Below are positions 15,866 to 24,352 of a stretch of DNA of 32,000 nucleotides, piece by piece (position 1 is the first letter of the stretch; each line of letters opens with the position of its first letter). This DNA is from Caldimicrobium thiodismutans. GTDB lineage: Bacteria > Desulfobacterota > Thermodesulfobacteria > Thermodesulfobacteriales > Thermodesulfobacteriaceae. The notes beneath the pieces were generated by a model. The model did not search any database and had not been told where the DNA came from. It worked only from the letters and a program-made list of their open reading frames with translations. Location of the stretch: positions 840,001-872,000 of the forward strand of contig NZ_AP014945.1 of assembly GCF_001548275.1 (NCBI RefSeq). Direction: 5' to 3'. The translations under genes were made by a program, and so were the position numbers.

Positions 15866-16260
15866 TGCATAAGTTCAGATCCTTACAAGAAAAAGGAAGG
15901 GTGGTAAGAGGGGAATTAGATATCTATACTAGGGAGATTTTACAAGTCTGAAAGTAACACAGGCAATCTTGCCTGTGGAGGTAAATTACACTCCCATGTA
16001 TGAAAGAACACAGACAAGAATGTCTGTGCTACAACAGATCCACAAAAAAATTCAAGGGGTATAAAATTTTAAACCCCTACTTAAGGAAAGATTTTGCAGA
16101 TCTTTTATCCTTTCTTTCCGAAGGGGAACGGGTATGTGGAGAGATTTAATAGGACATTAGAGGAGTTTTATATGGTATTGGGAAGAAGAGTTATTTGAGG
16201 ATTTGTGTTACGCCCAAAGAAAAGAACCTATAAAGTCTCAAAAGATATGGACGCATACAC
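15866..16260 (+). repeat. intergenic repeat family, copy C2 (expanded form with divergent interior)
   Basis: Left end tgcataagttcagatccttacaagaaaaaggaagggtggtaagagg and right end aaagtctcaaaagatatggacgcatacac match C1/C3. The interior holds one heptamer unit and extra hairpins. Confidence 0.8.
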
Positions 16261-16264
16261 TCCC

Positions 16265-16292
16265 TTGACAATTTTTTTATATTAGTTATTTT
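16265..16292 (+). promoter_or_regulatory. promoter TTGACA-N16-TATTTT for tRNA(CAT), 4 nt beyond the C2 right end
   Basis: Perfect -35 at the family-typical distance from CATACAC. AT-rich -10 lies 18 nt before the tRNA 5' end. Confidence 0.35.
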
Positions 16293-16310
16293 AGTATATA
16301 GTTTTAAAAT

Positions 16311-16384
16311 GGGCCCGTAGCTCAGATGGTTAGAGCCACCGGCTCATAACCGGAAGGTCCCAGGTTCGAATCCTGGCGGGCCCA
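16311..16384 (+). tRNA. tRNA with CAT anticodon: elongator Met, or Ile2 if lysidine-modified
   Basis: Cloverleaf by hand: acceptor GGGCCCG/CGGGCCC, D arm GCTC..GAGC, anticodon loop CTCATAA, T arm CCAGG-TTCGAAT-CCTGG. G1-C72 excludes an initiator. C4-G69 and C5-G68 resemble E. coli tRNA-Ile2. No encoded CCA. Confidence 0.9.
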
Positions 16385-16396
16385 TATAAATAGGGC

Positions 16397-17188
16397 ATGC
16401 CACCTAAGGTTAAAGATTTCTATATATTTTTAGAGGAACTTGCCCCTCTCAAACTTGCAGAAAAAGGAGATGTTAACGGCTTACAGATTGGCTCCTTTGA
16501 AGAGGAAGTAAGGGGAATTCTTCTTGCTATCAATCCAACCCTTGAGACCTTTCAAATTGCCTCAGCTAAAAATCTAAACCTTATTATTACCCATCACCCC
16601 CTTTTTTATCGCCCCCTTGCAAGGGTTTGTAAAGAGGAATATCCAGGAAATATCCTTTATTTTGCTATTAAAGAGAAGCTTAATCTCCTTTCCTGGCACA
16701 CTCCTCTGGATAAGGTTTCTTTTGGTGTAAGTGAGGCCTTAGCTCAGACTCTTAAATGGAAGACAGAGGATTTTGTGTTAAAAGAAGAGCAGGGTTATGG
16801 CTATGGAAGGGTGGTAAAATTTAAAAAATATGTTAAGCTTTCTACCCTTGCAAACCAAGTTAAGAGAACCTTAAATACCTGGGTTATGGTAGTGGGAGAT
16901 CCTGAAAGTAAAATCAATAAAATTGCCCTTTGCGGAGGTTCAGGAGGATTTCTGAAGGAACATCTTTTAAAACAGGGCATTCAAACCCTTCTTACCTCAG
17001 ATGTTAAATATCATCAAGCCATAGAGGCAAGGGAATCTGGTTTTAACTATATCCTGATTGATCATGGTATTTCTGAATCTCTACTTCTGGATACCTTAAA
17101 GAAAAAGATAATAGCTTTTCTTAATACTAAGGGACTCCATCTCCCAGTAGAGGTTTTCAGGGAAGAGAGTCCATATATTATCCTATAG
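16397..17188 (+). CDS. Nif3-family dinuclear metal-centre protein (YbgI / GTP cyclohydrolase 1 type 2 homologue)
   Basis: NGLQIG and ITHHPL motifs, C-terminal DHG, ~260 aa. Confidence 0.8.
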   Translation: MPPKVKDFYIFLEELAPLKLAEKGDVNGLQIGSFEEEVRGILLAINPTLETFQIASAKNLNLIITHHPLFYRPLARVCKEEYPGNILYFAIKEKLNLLSWHTPLDKVSFGVSEALAQTLKWKTEDFVLKEEQGYGYGRVVKFKKYVKLSTLANQVKRTLNTWVMVVGDPESKINKIALCGGSGGFLKEHLLKQGIQTLLTSDVKYHQAIEARESGFNYILIDHGISESLLLDTLKKKIIAFLNTKGLHLPVEVFREESPYIIL

Positions 17189-17202
17189 AGGGGAGGAGAA
17201 GA

Positions 17203-17949
17203 ATGCAGGAAGACATCGCCCGATTAATTGAGCTTCAAAAGATAGACCTTGAGATCTTAAAGCTGGAAAAGGCTATAGCAGAAACTCCCCAGAGTTTAAT
17301 TAAAGCAAGGAAAAATAGCGAGATCCTAAATCAAAAACTTTCCCTTTTAAAGCAAGATATTGAAGAAAAAGAAAAACAGAAAAGCCTTTTTGAAGAGGAA
17401 CTTCAGGAGGAACAGAAAAGACTCAAGCAGACCCAAGCAAGACTCACCCAGATTCGTGGATCTCGTGACTATCAGGTTCTTTTGAGAGAAATAGAGGAGA
17501 TGAAGAGAACCATCAGGCAAAAGGAAGAGGAGCTCTTAAAACTTATGGAGGAATTAGAAAATTTACATAAGGATCGGGAAAAGCTTGAGGAAGAGGCTCA
17601 GAGTCTTAAGTCCTTACTGGAAGAGGAAACCCAAAAATTTGATAAATATTGTGAAGAAATTAATATTCAAAAACAGAGCCTTCTTGAAAAAAGGGCCCAG
17701 ATATCTGCAAAGATTTCCTCAGGTATCCTCAAAAAATATGATCTCATTCGCCAGAGAAAAGGAGGCATTGGCATTTCAGCAGTTGAGAATGGGGTTTGTG
17801 AAGGGTGCTTTATGGCTATTCCTCCTCAACTCTTTAACGAACTTCAAAAGGATAACCGTTACTACGAGTGCCCCCACTGTAAAAGACTTATTTACTATAA
17901 GAGGATTTATCATCCAGAGGAAAAAGAGGCTCTTCCTCAAGAGAAATAA
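17203..17949 (+). CDS. coiled-coil protein with C-terminal C4 zinc ribbon (COG1579-type; the usual nif3 neighbour)
   Basis: Long E/K/L-rich coiled coil followed by CEGC..x..CPHC. RBS GGGGAGGAG. Confidence 0.7.
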   Translation: MQEDIARLIELQKIDLEILKLEKAIAETPQSLIKARKNSEILNQKLSLLKQDIEEKEKQKSLFEEELQEEQKRLKQTQARLTQIRGSRDYQVLLREIEEMKRTIRQKEEELLKLMEELENLHKDREKLEEEAQSLKSLLEEETQKFDKYCEEINIQKQSLLEKRAQISAKISSGILKKYDLIRQRKGGIGISAVENGVCEGCFMAIPPQLFNELQKDNRYYECPHCKRLIYYKRIYHPEEKEALPQEK

Positions 17950-17964
17950 TCATATTTTTTATCC

Positions 17965-18603
17965 ATGTATTTTAAGCTTTCAGAGGATTTAGTAAAATCT
18001 AAGGAACAACTTGAACAGATTGCAAGACTTCTTTCTCAGGATAAGGTAGGAGCTATCCCCACAGAGACCTTTTATGGTTTGGCCTGTAATCCCTTCAGTG
18101 AAAAGGCTTTAAAAAGGCTTTTTGAATTAAAAAAGAGAGAACCAGATAAACCCATTCTACTCCTTTTGGGTTGTCTTGAGGATTTAGCCCTTGTAGTTTC
18201 TAAAATTCCCGGGAAAGCCATGAAACTTATTAAAGCTTTTTGGCCAGGGCCTTTGACCTTAGTTCTTCCTGCTAAAAGGGAATTGCCCAAACTTCTAACC
18301 GGAGGGCTAAAAACCATTGGGGTTAGGCTTTCATCCTGTGAAATAACCAGAAAGATTGCCCTTGCCTTTGGAAAACCTGTTACAGGGACAAGTGCCAATC
18401 TTTCCGGGAGACCACCCTGCCAAACCATAGAAGAGGTCATGCAGGAGTTCCCAGAAATAGACTTTGTAGTAAATGGAGGGCCAGCCCCTGGAAAAATACC
18501 TTCAACCGTTGTAGAAATTCAGGAAAAAGAGATTAAATTAATCCGAGAAGGGGTAATACCCTTTGAAGAAATTCTCAAAATTGCGGGAGGGAAGCTATCT
18601 TGA
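17965..18603 (+). CDS. tsaC: L-threonylcarbamoyladenylate synthase (TsaC/YrdC family; t6A tRNA modification)
   Basis: PTETFYGLACNP, KKREPDKPI, WPGPLTLVL, TSANLSG motifs. Confidence 0.85.
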   Translation: MYFKLSEDLVKSKEQLEQIARLLSQDKVGAIPTETFYGLACNPFSEKALKRLFELKKREPDKPILLLLGCLEDLALVVSKIPGKAMKLIKAFWPGPLTLVLPAKRELPKLLTGGLKTIGVRLSSCEITRKIALAFGKPVTGTSANLSGRPPCQTIEEVMQEFPEIDFVVNGGPAPGKIPSTVVEIQEKEIKLIREGVIPFEEILKIAGGKLS

Positions 18604-19358
18604 AAATAGCTTTTTGTGGAAAGGGTGGCGTTGGTAAAAGTTCAATATCAGCCCTTCTTTCTTTAGCTTTTCTGGAAGAGGGTTATCGGGTGCTGGCTAT
18701 TGATGCGGATCCAAGTCCCCATCTGGCACGCCTTCTTGAGATTCCTCAAGAGATCGTTCCCCTGGCTGAGATGACAGAGCTTCTTGCGGAAAGGGCTCAA
18801 AAATCAGGTCCATACTACACTCTCAATCCCAAAATTGATGATTTGCCGGAAAAATTTGCCGTTACCAAAAATGGGCTTCGTCTTATGGTGCTTGGTGCTA
18901 TAAGGACTGCTGGAGGAGGTTGTGCCTGCCCAGAGCAAACTGTTTTGAAACGGCTTCTTACTTATCTTATTCTCTCCTCCCGAGAGATAGTTATTGTTGA
19001 TATGGAAGCTGGAGTAGAACACTTTGGAAGGGCAACTGTAGCTCCCATGGATGTTATCTTAGTTATCACCCAGCCCCTGCGGGGCAGTCTTGAAACCACC
19101 AAACAGATCCTGAAAATGGCAGAAGAACTTAATCTTAAAAAAGTCTTTGTCGTGGGAAATCGGGTAAAAGATCCCTCTCAAGAGGAGTTTCTGAGAAAAG
19201 AATTTGGTGGTCTTTATCTTTTGTCCCTCTCTCCAGATGATGAACTTGAAAGCCGGGAATTTGAAGGAAAAGGTCTCTGGGATTACCGAGGAAAACTCTT
19301 TACCCAGGTTAAAGAATTAAAAAGGAGACTTCAGGAGTTAATTGGTGAAACTTCCTGA
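18600..19358 (+). CDS. CooC/MinD-class P-loop ATPase with CxC metal motif (CooC-like maturation factor)
   Basis: CGKGGVGKSS deviant Walker A and GGGCACPE CxC motif. TTG start overlaps the tsaC stop. Confidence 0.7.
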   Translation: MKIAFCGKGGVGKSSISALLSLAFLEEGYRVLAIDADPSPHLARLLEIPQEIVPLAEMTELLAERAQKSGPYYTLNPKIDDLPEKFAVTKNGLRLMVLGAIRTAGGGCACPEQTVLKRLLTYLILSSREIVIVDMEAGVEHFGRATVAPMDVILVITQPLRGSLETTKQILKMAEELNLKKVFVVGNRVKDPSQEEFLRKEFGGLYLLSLSPDDELESREFEGKGLWDYRGKLFTQVKELKRRLQELIGETS

Positions 19359-20154
19359 TATACAGAGTAGTCCTCCCGAAGAACAGATCCCTATTGATAA
19401 GGTAGGGATTAAAAATCTCCGCTATCCCATTAGGGTTCTGGATAGAGCTAAAGGACTTCAGGCAACGGTTGGAGAATTTAATCTCTATGTAGATCTTCCA
19501 TCTCATTTTAAAGGGACTCACATGAGTAGATTTATTGAGGTCTTAAACGAATTTAAGGATGAGATTCATGTAAGAAATATTGAAGAGATCCTGAGAAAAC
19601 TTAAGAAAAGACTCAATGCCAAATCAGCCCATTTGGAGGTCTATTTTCCCTATTTTCTGGAAAAAAAATCCCCTGTAACAGAGATCTCCTCCCTTATGGA
19701 GTATCAGGCCTTTATGCTTGCAAGCCTAACCGCCAGAAAGATTGATCTTGTTCTTGGAGTAAAGGTTCCAGTAATGACCTTATGTCCTTGTTCAAAGAGT
19801 GTGAGTGAATACGGAGCCCATAATCAGAGAGGAATCATAACAGTAGCTGTGCGTTCCAAAAAATTTATCTGGCTTGAAGAGCTAATTGAGATGGCTGAAA
19901 GTAGCGCCTCCTCACCAGTTTATCCCCTTCTCAAAAGACCTGATGAAAAATATGTAACTGAAAGGGCTTATGAAAATCCTAAGTTTGTAGAGGATGTGGT
20001 AAGAGGCCTTGCCTTTAAACTTTTAGAGAATAAAGAGATTTTTTGGTTTACTGTTGAAGCTGAAAATATGGAATCCATTCACGGACATAATGCCTATGCC
20101 TGTATCCGCTATCCCTTTGAGAATTATTCCTCAGAAAGTTCAATTTCTAAGTAA
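19342..20154 (+). CDS. folE2: GTP cyclohydrolase IB (FolE2/MptA family)
   Basis: GTHMSRF, LCPCSK, HNQR, ESIHGHNAYA motifs. TTG/GTG start overlaps the end of the cooC-like gene. Confidence 0.85.
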   Translation: MVKLPDIQSSPPEEQIPIDKVGIKNLRYPIRVLDRAKGLQATVGEFNLYVDLPSHFKGTHMSRFIEVLNEFKDEIHVRNIEEILRKLKKRLNAKSAHLEVYFPYFLEKKSPVTEISSLMEYQAFMLASLTARKIDLVLGVKVPVMTLCPCSKSVSEYGAHNQRGIITVAVRSKKFIWLEELIEMAESSASSPVYPLLKRPDEKYVTERAYENPKFVEDVVRGLAFKLLENKEIFWFTVEAENMESIHGHNAYACIRYPFENYSSESSISK

Positions 20155-20324
20155 GACTCACCACATTCATAACATTTTACATCTAATACCTTATCTATGA
20201 GGGCTACATAAAGGGTATCTGCCCCACAACTCTTGCATCTATCCCCAATTTGTTGCTCCTCTATGGTCTTAAGAAGATCTTCCTTTAAATCTTCGGGGAT
20301 ATCAGGATCAAATATAACCTTCAT
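20124..20324 (-). CDS. hypothetical 66-aa zinc-ribbon protein (CxxC..x17..CxxC)
   Basis: GGAGG lies 5 nt before the ATG. CKSCG and CYECG pairs. The 3' end overlaps the folE2 3' end by 31 nt, convergently. Confidence 0.55.
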   Translation of the reverse strand: MKVIFDPDIPEDLKEDLLKTIEEQQIGDRCKSCGADTLYVALIDKVLDVKCYECGESYLEIELSEE

Positions 20325-20334
20325 AGGGCCTCCA

Positions 20335-20381
20335 ATTTGTAATTATTTGTAAAAATTCTATCAAAAAAAGTCCATTTGTAA
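20335..20381 (-). promoter_or_regulatory. three TTACAAAT boxes plus an extended -10 (TGaTAGAAT) upstream of the Zn-ribbon gene
   Basis: On the plus strand, ATTTGTAA occurs at 20335-20342, 20345-20352 and 20374-20381, with spacings of 10 and 29 bp. The minus strand reads TTACAA-N15-TAGAAT with TG upstream. Confidence 0.3.
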
Positions 20382-20401
20382 AGGGATTTTTTAAAAATTT
20401 T

Positions 20402-22003
20402 TTAAAATTTTGCAGAGATGAGGGTATCTTTAGCCCATTCCTCAGACTTATGAGGAAAATCAAGAAGATAGTGAGTTCCCCGGGATTCTCTTCTGGATAA
20501 AGCTGATTTAACCATAAGATCTGCAACTATGCAAATATTTTTGAGTTCCATGACATCAAGATCTAAGTATAGGCCTCCCCAGTTATTTTCTATCTCCTCT
20601 TGAATAAAGCTTATTCTTCTCCTGGCAAAATCAAGCATTTTAAGAGATCTTACAATACCTACGAAGTCCCACATGATCTTTCGGATTAGATCCCAGTTAT
20701 GAGAAATAAAAACTTTCTCTTCCCGAATTTCTTTGACCTCAGGGGTTTTAAGTTTGGGAAGATTTGTGGATGCTCCTCTCAATTGGGGAAAAATTTCTCT
20801 AATTTTGAGATAGGCCTGATGGGAAAAAACAAGAGCCTCAAGGAGTGAATTTGAAGCCAACCTGTTTGCTCCATGAAGGCCCGTGCAAGCACACTCTCCA
20901 ATAGCAAAAAGATTAAATATATCTGTCTGGGCATGGGAATTGGTCCGAATTCCTCCACAAAGATAATGAGCCGCTGGGACAACTGGTATGGGCTGAGCGG
21001 TTATATCAATACCAAATTTGAGACAGGTCTCATAGATATAGGGAAAGCGTTTTTTGATATAATCTGAAGGTAAATGGGTCATATCAAGAAAAACGCATTC
21101 TCCTCCTGTGCTCTTAAGCTCCATATCTATGGCACGGGTAACTATGTCTCTTGGTGCAAGTTCCTTTCTCAGGGGATCATACTTTTGCATAAAGGGTTTC
21201 CCCTCAGGATTGAGGAGAATCCCTCCCTCACCTCTTAAGGCCTCACTAATTAAAAAATTTTTAGCCTTGGGATGATAAAGACAAGTGGGATGGAATTGAA
21301 AAAACTCCATATTAGCAAGAGTTACACCTACTCTATATGCCAAAGCTAAACCATCTCCTGTTGCTGTATCTGGATTACTTGTATAAAGATAGACCTTCCC
21401 AGCGCCTCCAGTGCATAAAGCTATAATCGGGGCAAGAAAAATTTTTACCTGAGGTGTGTGGAGATCTAAGACATAAGCCCCAGCTACCTTACAGGCCTGC
21501 GATGAACAATCCCTGTCAAGAATAAGTTCAACTGCAAAGTGATTTTCAAGGATAACTATATTTTGGGCTTCAAGGGCTCTTTCCACAAGGGCCCGTTCAA
21601 TGGCTCTTCCAGTATAATCCCCCACATGCAGGATTCTTTTTCTGGAATGACCTCCCTCCAAAGTTAAATGGAATCTCCCTGGATTTTCTGGATCCCGGTC
21701 AAAGGGAACCCCCCAATTAAGGAGTTCCTGAATGCGCTCTGGTGCTGATTTTATTACAAGCTTAACTACTTCAGGATTACAAAGTCCATCCCCGGCTATA
21801 AGGGTATCTTGAATATGTAGATCAAAATGATTGTCTTCCCTCAGGACGCAGGCAATACCTCCTTGGGCAAGAGCTGTTGCAGTATCAAAAATCCGTTTTT
21901 TGGTAAGGATAGTTACCTCTCCCAGTTCTTTAAGTTTTAAGGCTAAGGAAAGCCCTGCAATCCCTGATCCAATAATGAGAAAATCTGTTTTAATGATTTC
22001 CAT
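20402..22003 (-). CDS. nadB: L-aspartate oxidase
   Basis: DFLIIGSGIAGL FAD fold, HSRKRILH, RGEGG, LHGANRLASNSLLE motifs. Confidence 0.9.
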   Translation of the reverse strand: MEIIKTDFLIIGSGIAGLSLALKLKELGEVTILTKKRIFDTATALAQGGIACVLREDNHFDLHIQDTLIAGDGLCNPEVVKLVIKSAPERIQELLNWGVPFDRDPENPGRFHLTLEGGHSRKRILHVGDYTGRAIERALVERALEAQNIVILENHFAVELILDRDCSSQACKVAGAYVLDLHTPQVKIFLAPIIALCTGGAGKVYLYTSNPDTATGDGLALAYRVGVTLANMEFFQFHPTCLYHPKAKNFLISEALRGEGGILLNPEGKPFMQKYDPLRKELAPRDIVTRAIDMELKSTGGECVFLDMTHLPSDYIKKRFPYIYETCLKFGIDITAQPIPVVPAAHYLCGGIRTNSHAQTDIFNLFAIGECACTGLHGANRLASNSLLEALVFSHQAYLKIREIFPQLRGASTNLPKLKTPEVKEIREEKVFISHNWDLIRKIMWDFVGIVRSLKMLDFARRRISFIQEEIENNWGGLYLDLDVMELKNICIVADLMVKSALSRRESRGTHYLLDFPHKSEEWAKDTLISAKF

Positions 22004-22010
22004 AGGCTTC

Positions 22011-23357
22011 TTAGGTGTTCTCTGTTTCCTTTAAATTGGGTTTTCTTTCAAGAAAATATTCCAGAAGTTCTGGTCCACTTTTTAAAAATTGAGGGCTCTC
22101 ATAGGCAAGCCTTTCACAAAAGTTTCCCTCTCTCTTTTTCTCTTTATCCCTTACAGAATCAAAGATTGTCCAGGGCACAGGCTTTATAGAATGGGTTCGG
22201 ATAGGGATAGGGGTCAGGTGATCACAGCAGACAAGAATCCTGAAATTATTGGTAACTTCAGGAATACGCTCAAGAAGGTATCTAACAACCCTTCGGTCAA
22301 ACTCATCAATAGCCTTAATTTTTAAATCAAGACTTCCTTGATGGCTTACTTCATCAGGGGCCTCAACATGTATCAAAATAAAGTCAAGCTCTTTTAAGGC
22401 CTCTATTGCGTAATCCACTTTACCTTCATAATTGGTGTCCAGATAACCTGTGGCACCAGGAACTTCAATGACCCTTAGTCCCGCAAGGACTCCCAACCCC
22501 TTAATTAAATCAACTGCTGAAATAACCCCGCCTTTAAGTCCCCATTTTTCTTCAAAGGGTTCTAAATCCGGAGTCCTTCCTTGACCCCAAGGCCAGATGG
22601 CATTAGCTGGTCTTTTTGATTCAAGTTTTCTTTTCTGGTTAATGGGGTGTTTTTCAAGAATCTCAATGGATTTAAGAATAAATTCTTTAAGATAGGGCTC
22701 CTCATCATAGCTCTGAAAGGCAAACCAGACATTTTTTCCTATGAGATCATGGGGGGGATAGGTGTGGAGACCCCCTGAACCTCCCCTCCAGATAAGAATG
22801 TGCCGATAGCTTACCCCTGGAAAGATCTCAATCTTATCAGTTGATACCTTATGATTAATGCTGTTTATAAGCTCTGTAGCCTCTTCTGTAGAAATATGTC
22901 CTGCTGAATAATCCTCCATAATGAGTTCTGAGCCTTCAAACCGGAGGGTCACCAAGTTACAACGATAGGCAACATCCTCGGGTTTCAGCTCAATACCACG
23001 GGCTGCTGCCTCAATAGGCCCTCTTCCGGTATATTTCTTCTCCGGGGGATAACCTAAAAGCCCCATTATAGCTACATCTGAACCGGGGTGCATAGAAGGG
23101 GGGACCGTTTGACAGCTACCTATCTCACCATAGCTCGTTAAAAAGTCCATCCCCGGAGTTATAGCCACCTCAAGAGGAGTCTTACCATTGAGTTCCCTTA
23201 GGGGAAAATCTCCCATTCCATCCCCAATAAGCAAAATATACTTTTTAGGACCCAGTATCTCAGGCTCCTCAATAAGTTCCTTTTTTTTCTTTGAAGCAGA
23301 CTTCTTAGTTGAACCCTTAGATGAGCTCTTTTTTTTCTCCTTGGTTTCTTTTTCCAT
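22011..23357 (-). CDS. apgM: cofactor-independent phosphoglycerate mutase, archaeal type (ApgM family), with a Lys/Ser-rich ~38-aa N-terminal extension
   Basis: YILLIGDGMGD..LNGKTPLE..PGMD core. Strong RBS GGGAGGG before ATG 23357 supports the extension. Confidence 0.75.
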   Translation of the reverse strand: MEKETKEKKKSSSKGSTKKSASKKKKELIEEPEILGPKKYILLIGDGMGDFPLRELNGKTPLEVAITPGMDFLTSYGEIGSCQTVPPSMHPGSDVAIMGLLGYPPEKKYTGRGPIEAAARGIELKPEDVAYRCNLVTLRFEGSELIMEDYSAGHISTEEATELINSINHKVSTDKIEIFPGVSYRHILIWRGGSGGLHTYPPHDLIGKNVWFAFQSYDEEPYLKEFILKSIEILEKHPINQKRKLESKRPANAIWPWGQGRTPDLEPFEEKWGLKGGVISAVDLIKGLGVLAGLRVIEVPGATGYLDTNYEGKVDYAIEALKELDFILIHVEAPDEVSHQGSLDLKIKAIDEFDRRVVRYLLERIPEVTNNFRILVCCDHLTPIPIRTHSIKPVPWTIFDSVRDKEKKREGNFCERLAYESPQFLKSGPELLEYFLERKPNLKETENT

Positions 23358-23376
23358 CAGGGTTTCCCTCCCTTAG

Positions 23377-24090
23377 TTACTTTAAGATGCGGGCTATTAT
23401 AAATGATAATTTAAAAAATAAGTAAAAAAAGAGCGTTAACAAGAGCTGACTAAAAAAATCAGCAGGAGAAAAAAGGAGACTAAGCCCATAAAAGCCACCC
23501 CAAAAGTAGAGCCTCCTTCTACGATATAGCTCCTCTGTTATAATGTCTTCCTTAATAAGAAGGGCAAAAAGAAGGGGAATCTGAAAGATAACCATAGAAA
23601 AGAGAACCACTTTCAGGAGAAAAAAAAGAAAACCTGCTATACGAAGATTATTTTCAAAGTTTTTACCAAAATAAAGAAAAATCTTCAGAAAAAAAGGGGT
23701 AAATATAAAATAACCTGTAAATATTCCGGCTATGGCAAGGCCTATAGAAATAAATATGAGACGCTTAAGGAGCCTTTTTTCATAAGCATATATTTCAGAA
23801 GAAAGGGCCCTAAAAAGACGGATAATCAGTAAGGGAAGGGTAAGAGCAAAGGCTATATAAAAGGAGGCTCTTAAAACCACAAAAAGGGCCTCTTCCAAGC
23901 TTATAAAGACAAGACTTTTTTCCTTTAAAAGGTGAAAATAGGGGTAAAGCAGATAGGGAAAGATCCTGGGAAATAAAAAAAAGATAGATATCCAGGCAAG
24001 GAGTAAGAAAAGGGCATAAAAGATGATTTCCCTTCTTATTTTGTTTAAAATCTCAAGATCAAAAAGATTAGGAAGATTTAGTTTGGTCAT
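23377..24090 (-). CDS. tatC: twin-arginine translocase subunit TatC (divergent)
   Basis: About six hydrophobic spans, ~237 aa, directly downstream of and overlapping tatA. Confidence 0.65.
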   Translation of the reverse strand: MTKLNLPNLFDLEILNKIRREIIFYALFLLLAWISIFFLFPRIFPYLLYPYFHLLKEKSLVFISLEEALFVVLRASFYIAFALTLPLLIIRLFRALSSEIYAYEKRLLKRLIFISIGLAIAGIFTGYFIFTPFFLKIFLYFGKNFENNLRIAGFLFFLLKVVLFSMVIFQIPLLFALLIKEDIITEELYRRRRLYFWGGFYGLSLLFSPADFFSQLLLTLFFYLFFKLSFIIARILK

Positions 24091-24352
24091 TTATCTTGGG
24101 ATCAAGTTTATCCAGAAGTTTCATGGGGTCAGTAACTTCCTCTTTCAATTCTTCAATTTCCTTTTTAGCCTCTTTTAAATCCTTTTCCACATCTTCCAGC
24201 TCAAGCTCTCTTTTTAGCTCGTCAATAGCTTTTTTGACTTCCAGGGAAAGTTTGGCGAGAAATCTACCTACCTCGGGTAGTTTTTCCGGTCCAAGCACAA
24301 TAAGGGCAACAAGAAAGATAATTAAGGCCTCACTAAAGCCTATGTTAAACAT
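24068..24352 (-). CDS. tatA: twin-arginine translocase TatA/TatB-family subunit
   Basis: MFNIGFSEALIIFLVALIVLGPEKLPE signature followed by an amphipathic acidic tail. TAATG overlap with the alr stop. Confidence 0.85.
   Translation of the reverse strand: MFNIGFSEALIIFLVALIVLGPEKLPEVGRFLAKLSLEVKKAIDELKRELELEDVEKDLKEAKKEIEELKEEVTDPMKLLDKLDPKINDQTKSS

Noticed and set aside
16056-16077. Near-palindrome GGGGTATAAAATTTTAAACCCC as an intrinsic terminator for the dehydrogenase gene
   Set aside because: No U-tract follows on either strand, and it lies about 270 nt past the stop codon, inside the repeat.
20308-20526. Further shadow ORFs: 20308..20526, 20779..20982, 20873..21067, 21831..22034, 22089..22325, 23188..23376, 24096..24377, 25045..25257, 26483..26719, 28307..28708, 30142..30333, 30382..30594, 30664..30846
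   Set aside because: Same reasoning. They overlap nadB, apgM, tatA, alr, usp, argH or the MCP gene in other frames or on the other strand.
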